The notes under the pieces are model-generated. The model saw nothing but the letters and a program-made list of their open reading frames with translations. It did no database searches and was not told where the DNA came from. A DNA stretch of 64,000 bases. Source: Mobula hypostoma. Its lineage: Eukaryota. Positions 62,014-64,000 of this stretch are shown here, in pieces; the first letter of the stretch is position 1, and every line of letters begins with the position of its first letter. Both the position numbers and the translations under genes were made by a program. The stretch is from positions 154,444,001 to 154,508,000 of the forward strand of contig NC_086097.1 in assembly GCF_963921235.1 (NCBI RefSeq). The letters run 5' to 3'.

Positions 62014-64000
62014 TATAGAACATAGAAAATAGAGTAGTACAGCACATTACAGGCCCTTCGGCCCATAATGTTGTGCCAAACCTCAAACCCTGCCTCCCAT
62101 ATAACGCCCCACCTTAAATTCCTTCATATACCTGTCTAGTAGTCTCTTAAACTTCACGAATGTATCTGCCTCCACTACTGACTCAGGCAGTGCATTCCAC
62201 GCACCAAATACTCTCTGAGTAAAAAACCTTCCTCTAATATCCCCCTTGAACTTCCCACCCCTTACCTTAAAGCCACATCCTCTTGTATTGAGCAGTGGTG
62301 CCCTGGGGAAAAGGCGCTGGCTATCCACTCTATCTAATTATCTTGTACACCTCTATCATGTCTCCTCTCATCCTCCTTCTCTCCAAAGAGTAAAGCCCTA
62401 GCTCCCTTAATCTCTGATCATAATCCATACTCCCTAAACCAGGCAGCATCTTGGTAAATCTCCTCTGTACCCTTTCCAATGCCTCCACATCCTTCCTATA
62501 GTGAGGTGACCAGAACTGGACACAATACTCCATTTGTGGCCTAACCAGAGTTTTATAGAGCTGCATCATTACATCATGACTCTTAAACTCTATCCCCCGA
62601 CTTATGAAAGCTAACACCCCATAAGCTTTCTTAACTACCCTATCTACCTGAGAGGCAACATTCAGGGATCTGTGGACATGTACCCCCAGATCCCTCTGCT
62701 CCTCCACACTACCAAGTGTCCCGATATTTACCTTGTACTCTGCCTTGGACTTTGTCCTTCCAAAGTGTACCACCTCACCACTTCTCCAGGTTGAACTCCA
62801 TCTGCCACTTCTCAGCCCACTTCTGCATCCTATCAATGTCTCTCTGCAATCTTCAACAATCCTCTACACTATCTACAACACCACCAACCTTTGTGTCGTC
62901 TGCAATCTTGCCAACCCACCCTTCTACCCCCACATCCAGGTCATTAATAAAAATCACGAAAAGTAGAGGTCCCAGAACAGATCCTCGTGGGACACTGCTA
63001 GTCACAATCCTCCAATCTGAATGTACTCCCTCCACCATGACTCTCTGCCTTCTGCAGGCCAGCCAATTCTGAATCCACCTGGCCAAACTTCCCTGGATCC
63101 CATGCCTTCTGACTTTCTGAATAAGCCTACCGTGTGGAACCTTGTCAAATGCCTTATTAAAATCCATATAGATCACATCCACTGCACTACACTCATCTAT
63201 ATGCCTGGTCACCTCCTCAAAGAACTCTATCAGGCTTGTTAGACATGATCTGCCCTTCACAAAGCCATGCTGACTGTCCCTGATCAGACCATGATTCTCT
63301 AAATACCCATAGATCCTATCTCTAAGAATCTTTTCCAACAGCTTTCCCACCACAGATGTAAGGCCCACTGGTCTATAATCACCCAGACTATCCCTACTAC
63401 CTTTTTTGAACAAGGGGACAACATTCGCCTCCCTCCAATCCTCCGGTACCATTCCCGTGGGTAATGAGGACATAACGATCCTAGCCAGAGGCTCAGCAAT
63501 CTCTTCCCCCGCCTCGTGGAGCAGCCTGGGGAATATTCCATCATGTCCCGGGGACTTATCCGTCTTAATGTATTTTAACAACTCCAAATCCTCCTCTCCT
63601 TTAATATCAACATGCTCCAGAACACCAACCTCACTCATATTGTCCTCACCATCGTCAAGTTCCCTCTCATTGGTAAGTACCAAAGAGAAGTACTCATTGA
63701 GGACCTTGCTCACTTCCACAGCCTCCAGGCACATCTTCCCACCTTTATCTCTAATCGATCCTATCTTCACTCCTATCATCCATTTTTTCTTCACATAATT
63801 GAAGAATGTCTTGGGGTTTTCCTTTACCCTACTCGCCAAGGCCTTCTCATGCCCCCTTCTTGCTCTTCTCAGCCCCTTCTAAAGCTCCGTTCTTGCTTCC
63901 CTATATTCCTCAATAGACCCATCTGATCCTTGCTTCCTAAACCTCATGTATGCTGCCTTCTTCCACCTGACTAGATTTTCCACCTCACTTGTCACCCATG
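62014..64000 (-). mobile_element. CR1 LINE 3' part (continues beyond window end)
   Basis: ORFs 62083..63839 with [50 protein letters not shown]-like tail at ~62014-62035. Confidence 0.93.

Overview
Repeat-saturated vertebrate genomic DNA, probably intronic or intergenic. The repeat complement (CR1 LINEs with octamer tails, V-SINE/HE1-like SINEs, Rex1/Babar, Penelope-like elements) suggests a cartilaginous fish such as a ray or skate; this is inference. No host protein-coding gene is recognisable; four short minus-strand exon candidates are noted at low confidence. Nearly all long ORFs are retroelement ORFs or their antisense shadows. The most interesting signal is a family of Penelope-like element (PLE) terminal repeats carrying a minimal type I hammerhead ribozyme motif (AGUC-CUGANGA-helix II-GAAA-CGUC/GACU). 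One copy (39615-39650) has an intact core and lies downstream of a GIY-YIG endonuclease fragment in a TSD-flanked insertion whose inverted arm stops at the predicted cleavage site. A ~130-bp solo ribozyme unit has its own 11-bp TSD, and about ten more decayed copies are scattered through the window. Hammerheads in PLEs are already known as a class, so any novelty is in this family and its insertion geometry. Also reconstructed: a four-level nest (PLE > Mag-type Gypsy > PLE tail > Tigger), a TRIM-like miniature LTR element, a solo LTR with a 39-bp minisatellite, an R4/Dong element beside (AAT)7, two tRNA-SINEs sharing a head but with different tails, and a ~0.9-kb CR1 tail-to-tail inverted repeat. 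Boundaries of old elements are approximate; all family assignments are by eye with no database search.
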